This document shows, piece by piece, positions 49,492 through 60,135 of a stretch of DNA of 64,000 nucleotides. Source of the DNA: a bacterium (lineage in GTDB: Bacteria > Electryoneota > JAOADG01); NCBI GenBank assembly GCA_963681965.1, contig OY820579.1, positions 2,880,001 through 2,944,000 on the forward strand. Direction: 5' to 3'. The notes below the pieces were generated by a model. The model saw only the letters and a list, made by a program, of their open reading frames with translations, had not been told where the DNA came from and ran no database searches. The position numbers were made by a program, and so were the translations under genes. Numbering within the stretch: the stretch's first letter is position 1; each line of letters begins with the position of its first letter.

Positions 49492-52467
49492 CTAGAATTC
49501 TTTTAGATCGTCATCATCTAACGGAACAACATCCTGTGGTCGTTGGAGGCGACCTGTCTTCGGTAGTTCACGCTGCATGGTCCGGCGCCGATCGCTTGCC
49601 GTACTGGCAGAAGCAATGCTCTTGCGATTTATTGTTTCACGACGAGATGAACGGCGTGTTTCCGACAACTCAAACTCGTTCACCATCGCAGTCATTTCTA
49701 TCGCCTGACTGTTCAAAGTCTGGGCTGCACTAGCCGATTCTTCGCTATTGGCGGCATTCTGCTGAGTTAATGCATTCAACTGACCCACCGCGACATTCAC
49801 TTGCTCTATTCCGATCGTCTGTTCTTTGGAAGCAGTCGAAACCGATTCCACAAGTTCATTGATGCGCGATATTTCGCGTACGATCGACTTGAAGTGAACT
49901 GCAACTTCTGCTGTAATTGCAACTCCACTATCGGCTTTCTTGCGGGCCTCTTCGATCAAATCGGAAGTATTTTTTGCTGCCGAAGCAGATCGTTGTGCCA
50001 GATTACGTACTTCTTCTGCTACAACAGCAAATCCCTTCCCGGCTTCACCGGCTCGTGCCGCTTCTACGGCAGCATTCAAGGCGAGCAGGTTCGTTTGGAA
50101 TGCAATTTCGTCGATCGTCTTCACAATCTTAGCCGTTTGATCGGAGGCTTCTTTGATTTTACCAATTTCGACCGACATCTTCTCAAGCGATGAATCGCCG
50201 ATTTCAGCACTTTGTACGGTGCTTTGCGTCAATTGGCGTGCTTGATCGGCATTGGACGAGTTTTGCTTCGTCATCGCCGACATTTCTTCCAATGTCGCTG
50301 AGATCTCTTCCAATGAAGATGCCTGCTCAGAAGCAACCTGAGCTAGATTTTGACTGCTGGAACCGATTTGAGTAGCGGCATCGGAAACGGAATCGGAAGT
50401 CATCGATACTCGCTGAAGACTCTCATCAAGATTGGATACCGCCGTATTCATTGCATCCTTGATCCGAGCGAGATCGCCTTGGTAATTCCCATTCATTCTT
50501 GATGATAGGTCTCGATTGGCAACTCGCTCCAATGTTGCAGCCGCTTCGTTGATCGGTCCAATAACTGCATCTAAAGTGTCGTTTACCCCTTGAACAATGC
50601 GCTTGAAATCACCCCAATGCTTGGAAGCATCGGCACGGGTCGCCAATCTTCCCTCAACTGCAGCTTTAGCCAACATGTTGGCATCGGCAACCAGTAAATT
50701 CACAGCATCGATACAACGGTTCAAATTGTTCTTAATCACATTGAAATCGCCATTGTAATTGTCGATAATTTTACTTGGAATATCGCCTTTGGAGATTTTA
50801 TCGACATAGTCGGCAGCGACATTCAATGGACCAATTACCGAATCCAGTGTATCGTTAACACCTTGAACGATGCGCTTGAAGTCACCTTGATGTTTGTTAG
50901 CATCGGCACGAGTGGCAAGCTTTCCATCGACAGCAGCTTTAGCTAACATATTCGCATCGGTGACAAGTAGATTCACGGCATCGATACATTGATTCAGATT
51001 ATTCTTAATGATATTGAAATCGCCTTTATACTGATCGACGATCTTGGCGGGAATGTTACCTTTGGAAATATTGTCAACATATTCAGCAGCGACATTCAAT
51101 GGATTGATAACTGAATCTAAAGTATCGTTCACACCTTCGACAATCTTGCGAAAATCTCCTTGATGGTTCTTTGCTTCGGCACGAGTTGCGAGTTTTCCCT
51201 CGACTGCAGCCTTTGCCAACATATTCGCATCGGCAACAAGACTATTCACGGCTTCGATACATTGATTCAAATTATTCTTAATTACGTTGAAATCGCCGTT
51301 GTAATTGTCCGTAATCTTCGCTGGAATATTCCCTTTAGAAATTTTATCGACATAATCGGCGGCGACATTCAATGGTCCAATAACAGCATCCAGCGTATCA
51401 TTGACTCCCTTGACAACTTCCGAATACCCTCCATTGAATTTGCCAGTATCGCCACGCGAACCAAGTTTTCCAGCGATTGCAGCACTGGATAAGGATCTAG
51501 TTTCGTTTACCAATGCAGTCAAATTCTCTACTAGTTTGTTGAGAACGGGCGCAATCTCGTCGCGATTGCTTTGTGATGGAATTTTAATCGATAAATCTCC
51601 ATCCGAAATGCTTTTTAGTGCACCAATCACGAATTTTTGCAGTTTCTCGGCAAACTCATCCATTGTCTTCGCCATTTGTCCGATTTCATCGGTTCGATCG
51701 AATGCAAGCCTGGTAGATAGTTCGCCACGATTGAATTCATTAAGCATTTCTACCACTCGCTTGAGTGGTATAGTAATGTTTCGAGATAGATAAATCCCAA
51801 TGATCAAAGCTAGTATTGCATCGAGAATAACTAAGATCCAAGTATTTCTCGCGCCGTTCTCAGAGACTGCATCGGCGCTGTGGTCGGCTTCGGCAGCTTG
51901 TTTAACATTAATGGCGAGAATCTCTTTACAAAGCGGTATTGCTTCGTTGCGGAATTTGCGAATCCCGGTTCCAACTTCCCAGATCCGAAGGTCAAGGTCG
52001 ACAATCTGTTTCTCATTCTTCTTAGCATCGCCACTTACGAGCCGATCCTTGTCGCGATTCAACGATTGGAAATTCACATCTTGCTTTCGCCATTCTTCTA
52101 CTATTAAAACTAATTGCTTCCATTTAACTGCTTCTTCAGAAGTTTGTTTAAGTGATTCATAAACCGCTCTAGCTGCATCGAAGGACTTCCAACACTCGTC
52201 GGATTGCAAATACTGTGCTTCGCGTTCGGCACCCACCAAGCGGCGAAGTAACAATGCCCGTTCTTTCGTATTCAAATCCAACAAAGCCGATTGCATTTCC
52301 AAAATCGATACAGCACTAGGTAAGAATATTGTAGCAAGTTCGTCTTGTGCCGATTTGGTTGTGTTTTGAACCGACCGGGCGTATAAACCGACAATGATCG
52401 TTATAATCACAACGGCGATAAAACCGGAAATGAGTTTCTTGCCGATAGCGATGTTATCTAGACTCAT
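49492..52467 (-). CDS. Methyl-accepting chemotaxis protein (four-helix-bundle sensor, poly-HAMP array)
   Basis: Two TM helices, [34 protein letters not shown] hairpin tip, 91-aa repeats and C-terminal DLKEF. Confidence 0.95.
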   Translation of the reverse strand: MSLDNIAIGKKLISGFIAVVIITIIVGLYARSVQNTTKSAQDELATIFLPSAVSILEMQSALLDLNTKERALLLRRLVGAEREAQYLQSDECWKSFDAARAVYESLKQTSEEAVKWKQLVLIVEEWRKQDVNFQSLNRDKDRLVSGDAKKNEKQIVDLDLRIWEVGTGIRKFRNEAIPLCKEILAINVKQAAEADHSADAVSENGARNTWILVILDAILALIIGIYLSRNITIPLKRVVEMLNEFNRGELSTRLAFDRTDEIGQMAKTMDEFAEKLQKFVIGALKSISDGDLSIKIPSQSNRDEIAPVLNKLVENLTALVNETRSLSSAAIAGKLGSRGDTGKFNGGYSEVVKGVNDTLDAVIGPLNVAADYVDKISKGNIPAKITDNYNGDFNVIKNNLNQCIEAVNSLVADANMLAKAAVEGKLATRAEAKNHQGDFRKIVEGVNDTLDSVINPLNVAAEYVDNISKGNIPAKIVDQYKGDFNIIKNNLNQCIDAVNLLVTDANMLAKAAVDGKLATRADANKHQGDFKRIVQGVNDTLDSVIGPLNVAADYVDKISKGDIPSKIIDNYNGDFNVIKNNLNRCIDAVNLLVADANMLAKAAVEGRLATRADASKHWGDFKRIVQGVNDTLDAVIGPINEAAATLERVANRDLSSRMNGNYQGDLARIKDAMNTAVSNLDESLQRVSMTSDSVSDAATQIGSSSQNLAQVASEQASSLEEISATLEEMSAMTKQNSSNADQARQLTQSTVQSAEIGDSSLEKMSVEIGKIKEASDQTAKIVKTIDEIAFQTNLLALNAAVEAARAGEAGKGFAVVAEEVRNLAQRSASAAKNTSDLIEEARKKADSGVAITAEVAVHFKSIVREISRINELVESVSTASKEQTIGIEQVNVAVGQLNALTQQNAANSEESASAAQTLNSQAIEMTAMVNEFELSETRRSSRRETINRKSIASASTASDRRRTMQRELPKTGRLQRPQDVVPLDDDDLKEF
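50590..51408 (-). repeat. Three tandem 273-nt intragenic repeats (poly-HAMP units)
   Basis: GVNDTLD codons recur at 51408, 51135, 50862 and 50589. Confidence 0.85.
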
Positions 52468-52553
52468 TAGATCCCCCCAAGATGACTTTGAAACAGAAAC
52501 TGATTTGAATACCTGTAAAGCGGTGATTAGAAGGTAACATACACACTGATATT

Positions 52554-52580
52554 TTATCGGTAGATAATCGAAGGAAATTA
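52554..52580 (-). promoter_or_regulatory. Putative sigma28 (FliA) promoter
   Basis: TAAT-N15-ACCGATAA versus consensus TAAA-N15-GCCGATAA, upstream of a chemoreceptor gene. Confidence 0.55.
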
Positions 52581-52775
52581 ATTCTTTGCCTTAAATTTCT
52601 TAGAGTTAAGAGGGAATAAAATGTTTCACGGTGTATAATCAAGTAGTTACTTTTTAATTAATGCGATAACCTCTCAGAAGTTATTGTTGGTCAGCTAAAA
52701 GCCACAATTATGGATTCTTTATTTTTGATGCATTTCTTGTGTAATATTTTATAAATACATAATTTATACATAAAT

Positions 52776-52808
52776 AAAAAAGCGCATTCACTACAGTGAA
52801 TGCGCTTT
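52776..52808 (-). terminator. Intrinsic terminator
   Basis: AAAGCGCATTCAC-N4-GTGAATGCGCTTT with a T tail on the minus strand. Confidence 0.85.
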
Positions 52809-52829
52809 CATAGTTGATAGCGTGAACAA

Positions 52830-55800
52830 TCAGAATTCTTTTAAGTCATCGTCATCGAGTGGAACAACATCCTGAGGTCGTAACATCCGACCAGTTTTCG
52901 GTAATTCACGCGGTTGTGTTCTTCTACGATCACTATTTCCACTAGTTGGAGCAACACTCTTTCGAGTTACTTGTTCTCGACGTGTGGTTCGCTGTACGGC
53001 TGAAAGTTGAAATTCATTCACCATCTCGGACATCTCGATTGCCTGACTGTTCAATGTTTGTGCAGCACTTGCCGATTCCTCGCTATTGGCAGCATTCTGC
53101 TGTGTCAGCGCATTCAATTGACCGACTGCAACATTCACTTGTTCGATTCCAATTGTTTGTTCTTTCGATGCGGTCGAGACAGCTTCCACAAGTTCGTTAA
53201 TTCGCGTGATCTCTTTCAGGATGGATTTGAAGTGCTTGGCAACCTCATTCGTAATTAAAACGCCACCATCGGCTCGTTTCCGAGCTTCATCGATGAGATC
53301 GGATGTATTCTTTGCTGCGGCTGCACTTCGTTGCGCCAAGTTACGCACTTCTTCAGCAACTACTGCAAATCCCTTTCCAGCCTCTCCCGCACGAGCAGCT
53401 TCCACTGCAGCATTTAATGCGAGTAGATTGGTTTGGAACGCGATCTCGTCGATTGTCTTCACGATCTTCGCAGTTTGATCGGAAGCTTCCTTGATCTTAC
53501 CGATTTCAACCGACATTTGTTCGAGTGAAGCATCGCCGATTTCGGCACTTTGAACGGTATTCTGGGTCAGTTGTCGAGCTTGATCGGCATTGGTCGAGTT
53601 TTGCTTGGTCATCGCCGACATTTCTTCCAATGTCGCTGAAATCTCTTCCAACGAAGATGCTTGTTCTGAGGCAACTTGCGCCAAACTCTGACTACTAGAT
53701 CCAATTTGTGTCGCAGCATCGGAAACAGAACTGGAAGTGATTGCAACTTGTTGCAGACTTTCATCAAGATTATTAACTGCAGTATTCAATGCTTCTTTTA
53801 TTTTGGCGAGATCACCGAGATAATTCCCAGTCATCCGGGAAGTTAAGTCGCGATTTGCGACTCGTTCCATCGTATCTGCAGCTTCATTAATGGGTCCAAT
53901 AACGGAATCCAAAGTATCGTTTACACCTTGGACGATCTTGCGGTATTCGCCTAAATGCTTAGAGGCATCGGCTCGTGTTGCAAGTTTTCCTTCGACTGCC
54001 GCTTGGGATAACATCATTGTGTCGTTAACCAACGCAGAAATCGAATCACGTGTTGTCTTGAAATCGGCGAAGATTGCCATATATTGATCGTACACACCCC
54101 GCATATCCGCCGTAGTTTCATCTACTTTTAGATTCAGATCGAGATCGCCCTGCGACATCTTCCGCAAATTGCTCGTGATCAAATCCACACCGTGTTTTCG
54201 ATAAGCAGCTTCCTTGGCTTGTGCTGTAATTTCCTGAACTACTTCAATGTGTCCGATCCGCTCCCCTTTCCGATTGGTTATATAGGAAGAATCTACTTGG
54301 AAATTTCTTCCATTTTGATCGAAAGCGGTTCGTGATTTTCCACGACGGAGACACTCCACACCGCAATTTTCAGTCCTACATATTGCCGCGTTCCAGTTAC
54401 TGCAAGGTTGACCGATCACATCTTTTCGCTTCACATTCAGGAATTGCTCGACCGGTTTGTTGATGAATGTCCATTTCATATCCATGTCGGTAACCGATAA
54501 CGGTTGCGGAACCGAGTCAAGCAGTGCTTCATACCAAAAGACTTTTTCGACAACTACATCCAATGTATTGTTGATACCGTCGATAATTTTTCGGTAATCG
54601 CCGCTGTGATGATTAGCATCGGCTCTTGTATCGAATTTCTCGGCTGTCGCGGCTTTCACCAACATATTGGTATCGTCTACCAAAAGGTTGATTGCTTCGA
54701 TACATTGATTCAAATTTACGATTAGAGTATTGAATTCGCCTTTAAACGAAGCTTTGTTTTTCTCAGGGATCTTACCACTGGAAATTTCACCGATCATCTT
54801 AGCTGCGACTTGAATTGGCTCGGTAAAAGCTTGCATCGATTGGTTGATATTGTCGATTACTTGTTTGTATGCCCCTGCGAATTTCGATGAGTCCGCGCGA
54901 ACGTTCAGTTTTCCTTCAAGAGCGGTGTTCGTTAAAGATATTTGAGCAGCAATCACATCGTTGAGTTTATCTCTCAACAATGACATCGATTTCCCAAGTT
55001 TATCTTCATTCGATAAGATGGGGATTGACACTGAAATATTGCCATTCGATAAATTCTCCATCGCATCGACTTTTGCTCGCTGTGCTTCAACGATGTTTTG
55101 AAACGACTCGGCAACCTTCGAGATTTCGTCATTGCCAGATTGAGCTACAGTTACACTAACATCACCTAACGCAATTTTACCGGCACAGTCGGTAAGATTG
55201 TTCAACCTTCTGGAAAGACCATTTACCAGCCAAAATCCCCATAATCCAACGATACTCACCGAGATTAATACGACGATTATAATTAAAATGAAATTGTTTG
55301 AAGTGGATTTATTGAGAAATCCCTTGGAGTACTCGATTTTGATGTAACCGAGCACTTCTCCATTGGCACTTTTCAAAGGTTCGGAGATGGTTAACTCATC
55401 TCCACTCTGTTGGATCTCTTGTTTGCTGATTTCGTCGATTTGTTTCGTAGAATCGGCACGGAAACCAAAAACGTAATTTCTTTTCTCGTCGTATACCGCT
55501 ACCGCTTTGATAGTTTCGTCGCTGTTTTTTCCACCCTGATCGAGTAATTTTAGTGTTTCCTTGATCGAATTGCCGCCATCAATTATCCGAGCCTGCATTC
55601 CCAGGGCGACACTTTCACGCGATAATTTCGAAATGAATGCTGCATCATTCGACAAGATATTGTTGCCTAATTTCTTCATTGTAAGTGGAGCAAAGATACC
55701 CGACACTATTAAGAAAATTACGCCGATAGAAAGCAATAGGACTAATATTTGGTATTTCAGTGACTTTCTCATCGTAGTTTCCTCTACAATCGTTAAACAT

Positions 55801-55835
55801 TGAATGAAATAAATAAACGTCGAGCAACGCTTCAA
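52830..55835 (-). CDS. Methyl-accepting chemotaxis protein with Cache/CHASE8-like periplasmic domain, HAMPs and cytoplasmic PAS (likely start 55772)
   Basis: TM-~130 aa-TM architecture; [26 protein letters not shown] domain; MCP signalling hairpin; GAGG RBS before 55772. Confidence 0.93.
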   Translation of the reverse strand: MKRCSTFIYFIQCLTIVEETTMRKSLKYQILVLLLSIGVIFLIVSGIFAPLTMKKLGNNILSNDAAFISKLSRESVALGMQARIIDGGNSIKETLKLLDQGGKNSDETIKAVAVYDEKRNYVFGFRADSTKQIDEISKQEIQQSGDELTISEPLKSANGEVLGYIKIEYSKGFLNKSTSNNFILIIIVVLISVSIVGLWGFWLVNGLSRRLNNLTDCAGKIALGDVSVTVAQSGNDEISKVAESFQNIVEAQRAKVDAMENLSNGNISVSIPILSNEDKLGKSMSLLRDKLNDVIAAQISLTNTALEGKLNVRADSSKFAGAYKQVIDNINQSMQAFTEPIQVAAKMIGEISSGKIPEKNKASFKGEFNTLIVNLNQCIEAINLLVDDTNMLVKAATAEKFDTRADANHHSGDYRKIIDGINNTLDVVVEKVFWYEALLDSVPQPLSVTDMDMKWTFINKPVEQFLNVKRKDVIGQPCSNWNAAICRTENCGVECLRRGKSRTAFDQNGRNFQVDSSYITNRKGERIGHIEVVQEITAQAKEAAYRKHGVDLITSNLRKMSQGDLDLNLKVDETTADMRGVYDQYMAIFADFKTTRDSISALVNDTMMLSQAAVEGKLATRADASKHLGEYRKIVQGVNDTLDSVIGPINEAADTMERVANRDLTSRMTGNYLGDLAKIKEALNTAVNNLDESLQQVAITSSSVSDAATQIGSSSQSLAQVASEQASSLEEISATLEEMSAMTKQNSTNADQARQLTQNTVQSAEIGDASLEQMSVEIGKIKEASDQTAKIVKTIDEIAFQTNLLALNAAVEAARAGEAGKGFAVVAEEVRNLAQRSAAAAKNTSDLIDEARKRADGGVLITNEVAKHFKSILKEITRINELVEAVSTASKEQTIGIEQVNVAVGQLNALTQQNAANSEESASAAQTLNSQAIEMSEMVNEFQLSAVQRTTRREQVTRKSVAPTSGNSDRRRTQPRELPKTGRMLRPQDVVPLDDDDLKEF

Positions 55836-55856
55836 ATTGCGAATTTGAAGCGTTGC
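55824..55856. repeat. Perfect 15-bp inverted repeat between the YfiR-like gene and the MCP
   Basis: GCAACGCTTCAAATT-GCG-AATTTGAAGCGTTGC. Confidence 0.8.
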
Positions 55857-55880
55857 GAAGAAAGCAGATCTAGACCTAAG

Positions 55881-56399
55881 TTATTTGATCGTTTCGGCAA
55901 TTTTCATGATCGCCGGCTGCCAATTCAATCCTTCTTCCGAAGAGGAAGAAAGATTCAATAATATCTTCGGTTTACCACCTTCGGCGGCAATGCCCAAAGT
56001 AACCCCTTTGGCAACAAGTGCGACTTTATTCGTGAGTGAAATGATTTTCTTCGAACGCGAATATTTCACTGCCTTATCGACCGAACCAGCATCACCAACA
56101 AATAGTATTGTAGGTGTTTCCGATGGTAAATCCGATCCGCTGGTAACTTTCTTTAACACCGAACCACCGATCTTCGTACCAATTCCACTCTTAAAAGCAT
56201 CGATGATGTCTTGCGATCCACCCATAATGTAGATACTAACATCGCCTTTCGATGAGACACTGTTTTCCAGTGCCAGGATTTTAACGGAAATTGGTGCAGT
56301 AATAGCAGCAGGTGCATCATCGGCGCATCTTGCGACTGGTGCAATCAGTAAAATGACAAATGCTGCGATGACTGAGATCTTAAAGTAAAGCTTACACAT
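55881..56399 (-). CDS. YfiR/HmsC-like (DUF4154) periplasmic protein
   Basis: Signal peptide, 172 aa; ILFV, G..LGI...GKPKI.LNL.....GL.....M.IA C-terminal pattern typical of YfiR-family proteins. Confidence 0.75.
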   Translation of the reverse strand: MCKLYFKISVIAAFVILLIAPVARCADDAPAAITAPISVKILALENSVSSKGDVSIYIMGGSQDIIDAFKSGIGTKIGGSVLKKVTSGSDLPSETPTILFVGDAGSVDKAVKYSRSKKIISLTNKVALVAKGVTLGIAAEGGKPKILLNLSSSSEEGLNWQPAIMKIAETIK

Positions 56400-56519
56400 G
56401 ATAATCCCCTTAAAAATACGCTCGACGCAACGACTTGACTAATCGATTCGTGTTTTCGACAAGCCAAGTCTTAACCAAGGAATAAGTTCCTTCAACAATA
56501 TAACAAAATTGATCATTAT

Positions 56520-58571
56520 TTACAGTGTTACAGCTAATTGATAAAGTATTGTACGCCCATTTCCAAGTGGAACTGTGTTCAACTTGCCACGAGCATATTC
56601 CGGTTCTAAAGTAACATTGTTCAACAAGTTCTTGCCAGTGACCGAATGATTAATTGTAGTCGAACCGACCTGTTGGGTAAATGTCAAACCCGATGAAAGA
56701 ACATACTGTAAGTCGATCGATTCAAGCGGTGCACCTCGCGCACCCCAGACTCGTACCGTCGAAGAGAACATGAAATTGCCGAACGGTTGCGAAACACCGA
56801 TAGTACCCTGATGTTTCGGGATGAATTTAAAGTTATACGCCGACGTACCGATTTGATCTCCGTTATCGCCCTCAGTCCAGCAATAATTGATAAACGCATT
56901 GGTCGATTTTGGACGATAGTACTTCAATTCCAATTCGATCCCCTTTGCCGAGAATAAATCGCTGTTTGTGTAAATCGTCGATGCATCCGTTGGAACGTCC
57001 GGCAGACGTTTTGTTCGGTAAATCTTTTTATCGTAGTTAGCAAAATACCCTAACACTTGATAAAAGAGCGGTCCGTTACTTGATAGATATGCCAATTCCA
57101 CATCAGTGCTAGTTTCCGGTTTCAAATCAGGATTCCCATAAACGGTAGCTGGTGACGGAATGTAATAGAGTTCGAAGAGTGAGGGCGCTCTGAACGATTG
57201 ACCGGCGATGAGCTTCACACTATTTCGATTGGTAAAAGCGTAAACAAAAGTTACACGCGACGAGATATTGTCGCCGAATAATTGATTGTGTGTGTATCGA
57301 CTGCCTGCTAACAAACTGAATTTTTGGAGTGTGTAGGATGCCTGTCCAAACCCGGATACTTCTTCGACATTGCGACCTTTCATGTTGTTATCGGCGGCAG
57401 TCGAATCTGTCTTCTTGATCGCATTTCGGAATTTGACGGTCTTCCGAATTTCGTAATCCGCACCTAAGTCGAATCGAATGCGATCACTGAATGTATACCC
57501 TAGTCGACCATTTGCTGAATTTCGATAAGTCACTAGATCACTTCGCGTTTGATCGTCGAGCGTTCTCGAATAATTCCAGTTTTGCCAATCGTAAATACTA
57601 GAGATCGATCCATCAAGATTCTTTCTGATCTGACCCGCGAATTTGTACTGGACCATGTATCCACGTGAAAATTGGTCATTACCTATGCCGGCTGAATAGG
57701 ATGGTGTCACTCCGATATAACTCTGATGAGCAGTAAATCCATTGTACAACAAAGAATGAGGACCGTATGACATTCCCATCGTGAAGTTAGATCCCCTGAT
57801 GTATTCCGGATACTCGCCTTTTACTTTCGATTCGTCGATAAATGGTTGTTTGTAACCGAGATCATCCGATGAATTCGCATACCCAAATACTCTGAAACCT
57901 TTATTCTCATACTGGGTTCCACCTCCTACGCCACTATTACCGCGAGTGCCAGAATAAATAAATGCAGAACCTTTTTCGTCACGTTGTTGTCCAATTACGA
58001 TGTTAATTGTCCCAGTGTATGCATTCGTTCCATAAATGACCGACGCTGGACCTCGCAGCACTTCGATTCGATCCACTTGACGGATATCGACTCTTTCCAA
58101 CCAAGGTTCCCCGGTCGTTCCATTCCACACCGGTACTCCATTGATTAATACAAGCACTTTGTTGGCGTATTGATCTTGAAGAATTCCGCGAGCTGTCGGT
58201 ATGCCACGCTTTAAGTAGGTTCGCATAACCTCCATACCGGGTACTTCATCGACGGCTTCTGCAATGGATTGATAATGATAGCGGGAAATGGCTTCGCGAT
58301 CGATTACATATACTGAGGAAGGAGTATGAAAAATATCTTGGGCAACTGTCGATGAAACTGAAATCTCAACTTTCAACAGTTCATCGAGTGATTGATTCCA
58401 CAGATCTTGATTTTCGGCAGCGTTTGCGGATAACACCATTGCACAGAATGCCGCAATTACAATAGAAAAGCATTTATTCTGAGTAGACATAATCGTCTCC
58501 TTCTTAGTAAAGTAAATTCGAACCTCAACATCATTACAAGAATATTCATTCTTTCTTTCGTATCGTATCAA
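56520..58571 (-). CDS. TonB-dependent receptor (likely start 58490)
   Basis: SLDELL.VEI N-terminus, P.SV.VI plug, KVLVLING, RIEVLRGPAS.IYG, FRAPSL.ELY, NPDLKPE and NLLN...GRT motifs. Confidence 0.93.
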   Translation of the reverse strand: MIRYERKNEYSCNDVEVRIYFTKKETIMSTQNKCFSIVIAAFCAMVLSANAAENQDLWNQSLDELLKVEISVSSTVAQDIFHTPSSVYVIDREAISRYHYQSIAEAVDEVPGMEVMRTYLKRGIPTARGILQDQYANKVLVLINGVPVWNGTTGEPWLERVDIRQVDRIEVLRGPASVIYGTNAYTGTINIVIGQQRDEKGSAFIYSGTRGNSGVGGGTQYENKGFRVFGYANSSDDLGYKQPFIDESKVKGEYPEYIRGSNFTMGMSYGPHSLLYNGFTAHQSYIGVTPSYSAGIGNDQFSRGYMVQYKFAGQIRKNLDGSISSIYDWQNWNYSRTLDDQTRSDLVTYRNSANGRLGYTFSDRIRFDLGADYEIRKTVKFRNAIKKTDSTAADNNMKGRNVEEVSGFGQASYTLQKFSLLAGSRYTHNQLFGDNISSRVTFVYAFTNRNSVKLIAGQSFRAPSLFELYYIPSPATVYGNPDLKPETSTDVELAYLSSNGPLFYQVLGYFANYDKKIYRTKRLPDVPTDASTIYTNSDLFSAKGIELELKYYRPKSTNAFINYCWTEGDNGDQIGTSAYNFKFIPKHQGTIGVSQPFGNFMFSSTVRVWGARGAPLESIDLQYVLSSGLTFTQQVGSTTINHSVTGKNLLNNVTLEPEYARGKLNTVPLGNGRTILYQLAVTL

Positions 58572-59020
58572 ATTAAATCCAAAGCAATGACGACAATCAA
58601 AATTACTTCATGTATCCTTACAAATGCTCATCCCAAACGAATAATCGTAAGCCGACCTCGAAATTCGATCCGGCAAATATTATTTTGAGTATTTTTAATT
58701 CTTATCGACTTTCGGTAGCATATTTGCTCGACCTACTACATCCTACAACATTATCGGGAGAGTGAAGATCAAAGACCAATTAAAGCAGAGTAATAGCTAG
58801 TTCATATTGTCAACTCAAGAAAATCTGCAGACCAATTTGAAGAAGTGAAAATGGTTTATTGAATCGCGATTTTCTTGACCTGACGTTTACTCAAAAGATA
58901 ACTCATCTGATACTGTTATCGTATAGAAGACGCCAAAATATTAGTGAATTATTTACTAAGATAGCTTTTTGAAGCAGTTGCGTTTAAGGCGTTGTGAAAC
59001 AAATTGGATGAATGGATAAC

Positions 59021-60025
59021 CTACTGAACAAGGTTTTTCAGAATAGCAGCGATTGTAGATATCGAAGTGGTAGTTCTTATTTCGTTAGATATTTCAATGT
59101 GATAACTAGTCTTCGTCACGCTCGATTGAAGCGACCCGCAGCTTTTTGTTGTCTTCGCAGTGAAATGCAATGGATGGAGACCATCAAATTTAACAATTAG
59201 GTCATTTTTGAATAAATTCTTAGAAGATCGAATAAAAAATTCATTTTTCAATTTTAAATCTTCGACAGAAAATCCCGTGGTCGTTATCTCAAAATCAGCA
59301 TCAATCTTCTTTCGCTTTTTAAAACCGTGAATTTCAATTAATAGATCAAGAGGGGTATTCTGATCGTTTTCCATAATTGCAGCGAGATACTGCCGATACA
59401 CATTTTCGGCTCGGTTGGTTGGTAGTTCGATAAAACGATTTAACTTTGTTTTTAATTTTTCTGTTGGACGATTTACGTTAATGTACCTTCCAATCGGATG
59501 CGGAATAAATCGATCGCCGCGATCGCGATATCCCCACGCGATCACACATCGGCAATTCAAGATTTGTGATAACGACTTGGCAATAGCAGCAGTTTTTGTC
59601 TCAGAAGGGGCATGCGGAGCTGCCACAACTATCTTTGAGTGTTCCCCAGAAATACTCTCGAAGCATGGTGGAAAAAGCTGTTCGACGAATTGTGCAAGAT
59701 CGATAATCGAAAAATTAGCAGACATATCAAGATGTGTTTGGATATTTGAATATGCTATTGAGAAATCATTTTGTTTTTTTTCGAACTGAAGTATTCCATT
59801 TTCAAGCTCTATCGAAACTCTATCATCACTAATCAACATGTTGGATAAAATATTTTGTAAATTATGAGTAATTGTGTCTGAACAAAAAATTACCGGGAAG
59901 TCTGTACCGTGAAACATCAATTCCACTGCATTCCCTTGCCATTTTACGACAATACGAGGTTCGGTTTCAGGTACTTCACCTGCTAGCCAATAGAAACCTT
60001 TCGAATTACAAATCCATTTTTCCAT
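59021..60025 (-). CDS. Hypothetical protein with a C-terminal Zn-hydrolase-like domain (N-formylglutamate amidohydrolase/PghP-like)
   Basis: VVAAPHA..E..T, NVNRP, IEIHG and HIEI motifs. Confidence 0.55.
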   Translation of the reverse strand: MEKWICNSKGFYWLAGEVPETEPRIVVKWQGNAVELMFHGTDFPVIFCSDTITHNLQNILSNMLISDDRVSIELENGILQFEKKQNDFSIAYSNIQTHLDMSANFSIIDLAQFVEQLFPPCFESISGEHSKIVVAAPHAPSETKTAAIAKSLSQILNCRCVIAWGYRDRGDRFIPHPIGRYINVNRPTEKLKTKLNRFIELPTNRAENVYRQYLAAIMENDQNTPLDLLIEIHGFKKRKKIDADFEITTTGFSVEDLKLKNEFFIRSSKNLFKNDLIVKFDGLHPLHFTAKTTKSCGSLQSSVTKTSYHIEISNEIRTTTSISTIAAILKNLVQ

Positions 60026-60078
60026 CTTCTCGACTCATCTATTTCCGGAATATAATCATGGTACAACTACAAACACAC

Positions 60079-60113
60079 AAAAAACGCGGATGAGTAATAA
60101 TTACTCACCCGCG
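60079..60113 (-). terminator. Intrinsic terminator of sppA
   Basis: CGCGG-TGAGTAA stem with a T run on the minus strand. Confidence 0.75.
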
Positions 60114-60135
60114 CTAAAATCATCTGGGAAAAGAT

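Noticed and set aside
58702-58923. Three CGATAA boxes as sigma28 promoters for the TBDR operon
   Set aside because: None has a TAAA -35 at 15-nt spacing, and CGAT words are common in this genome.
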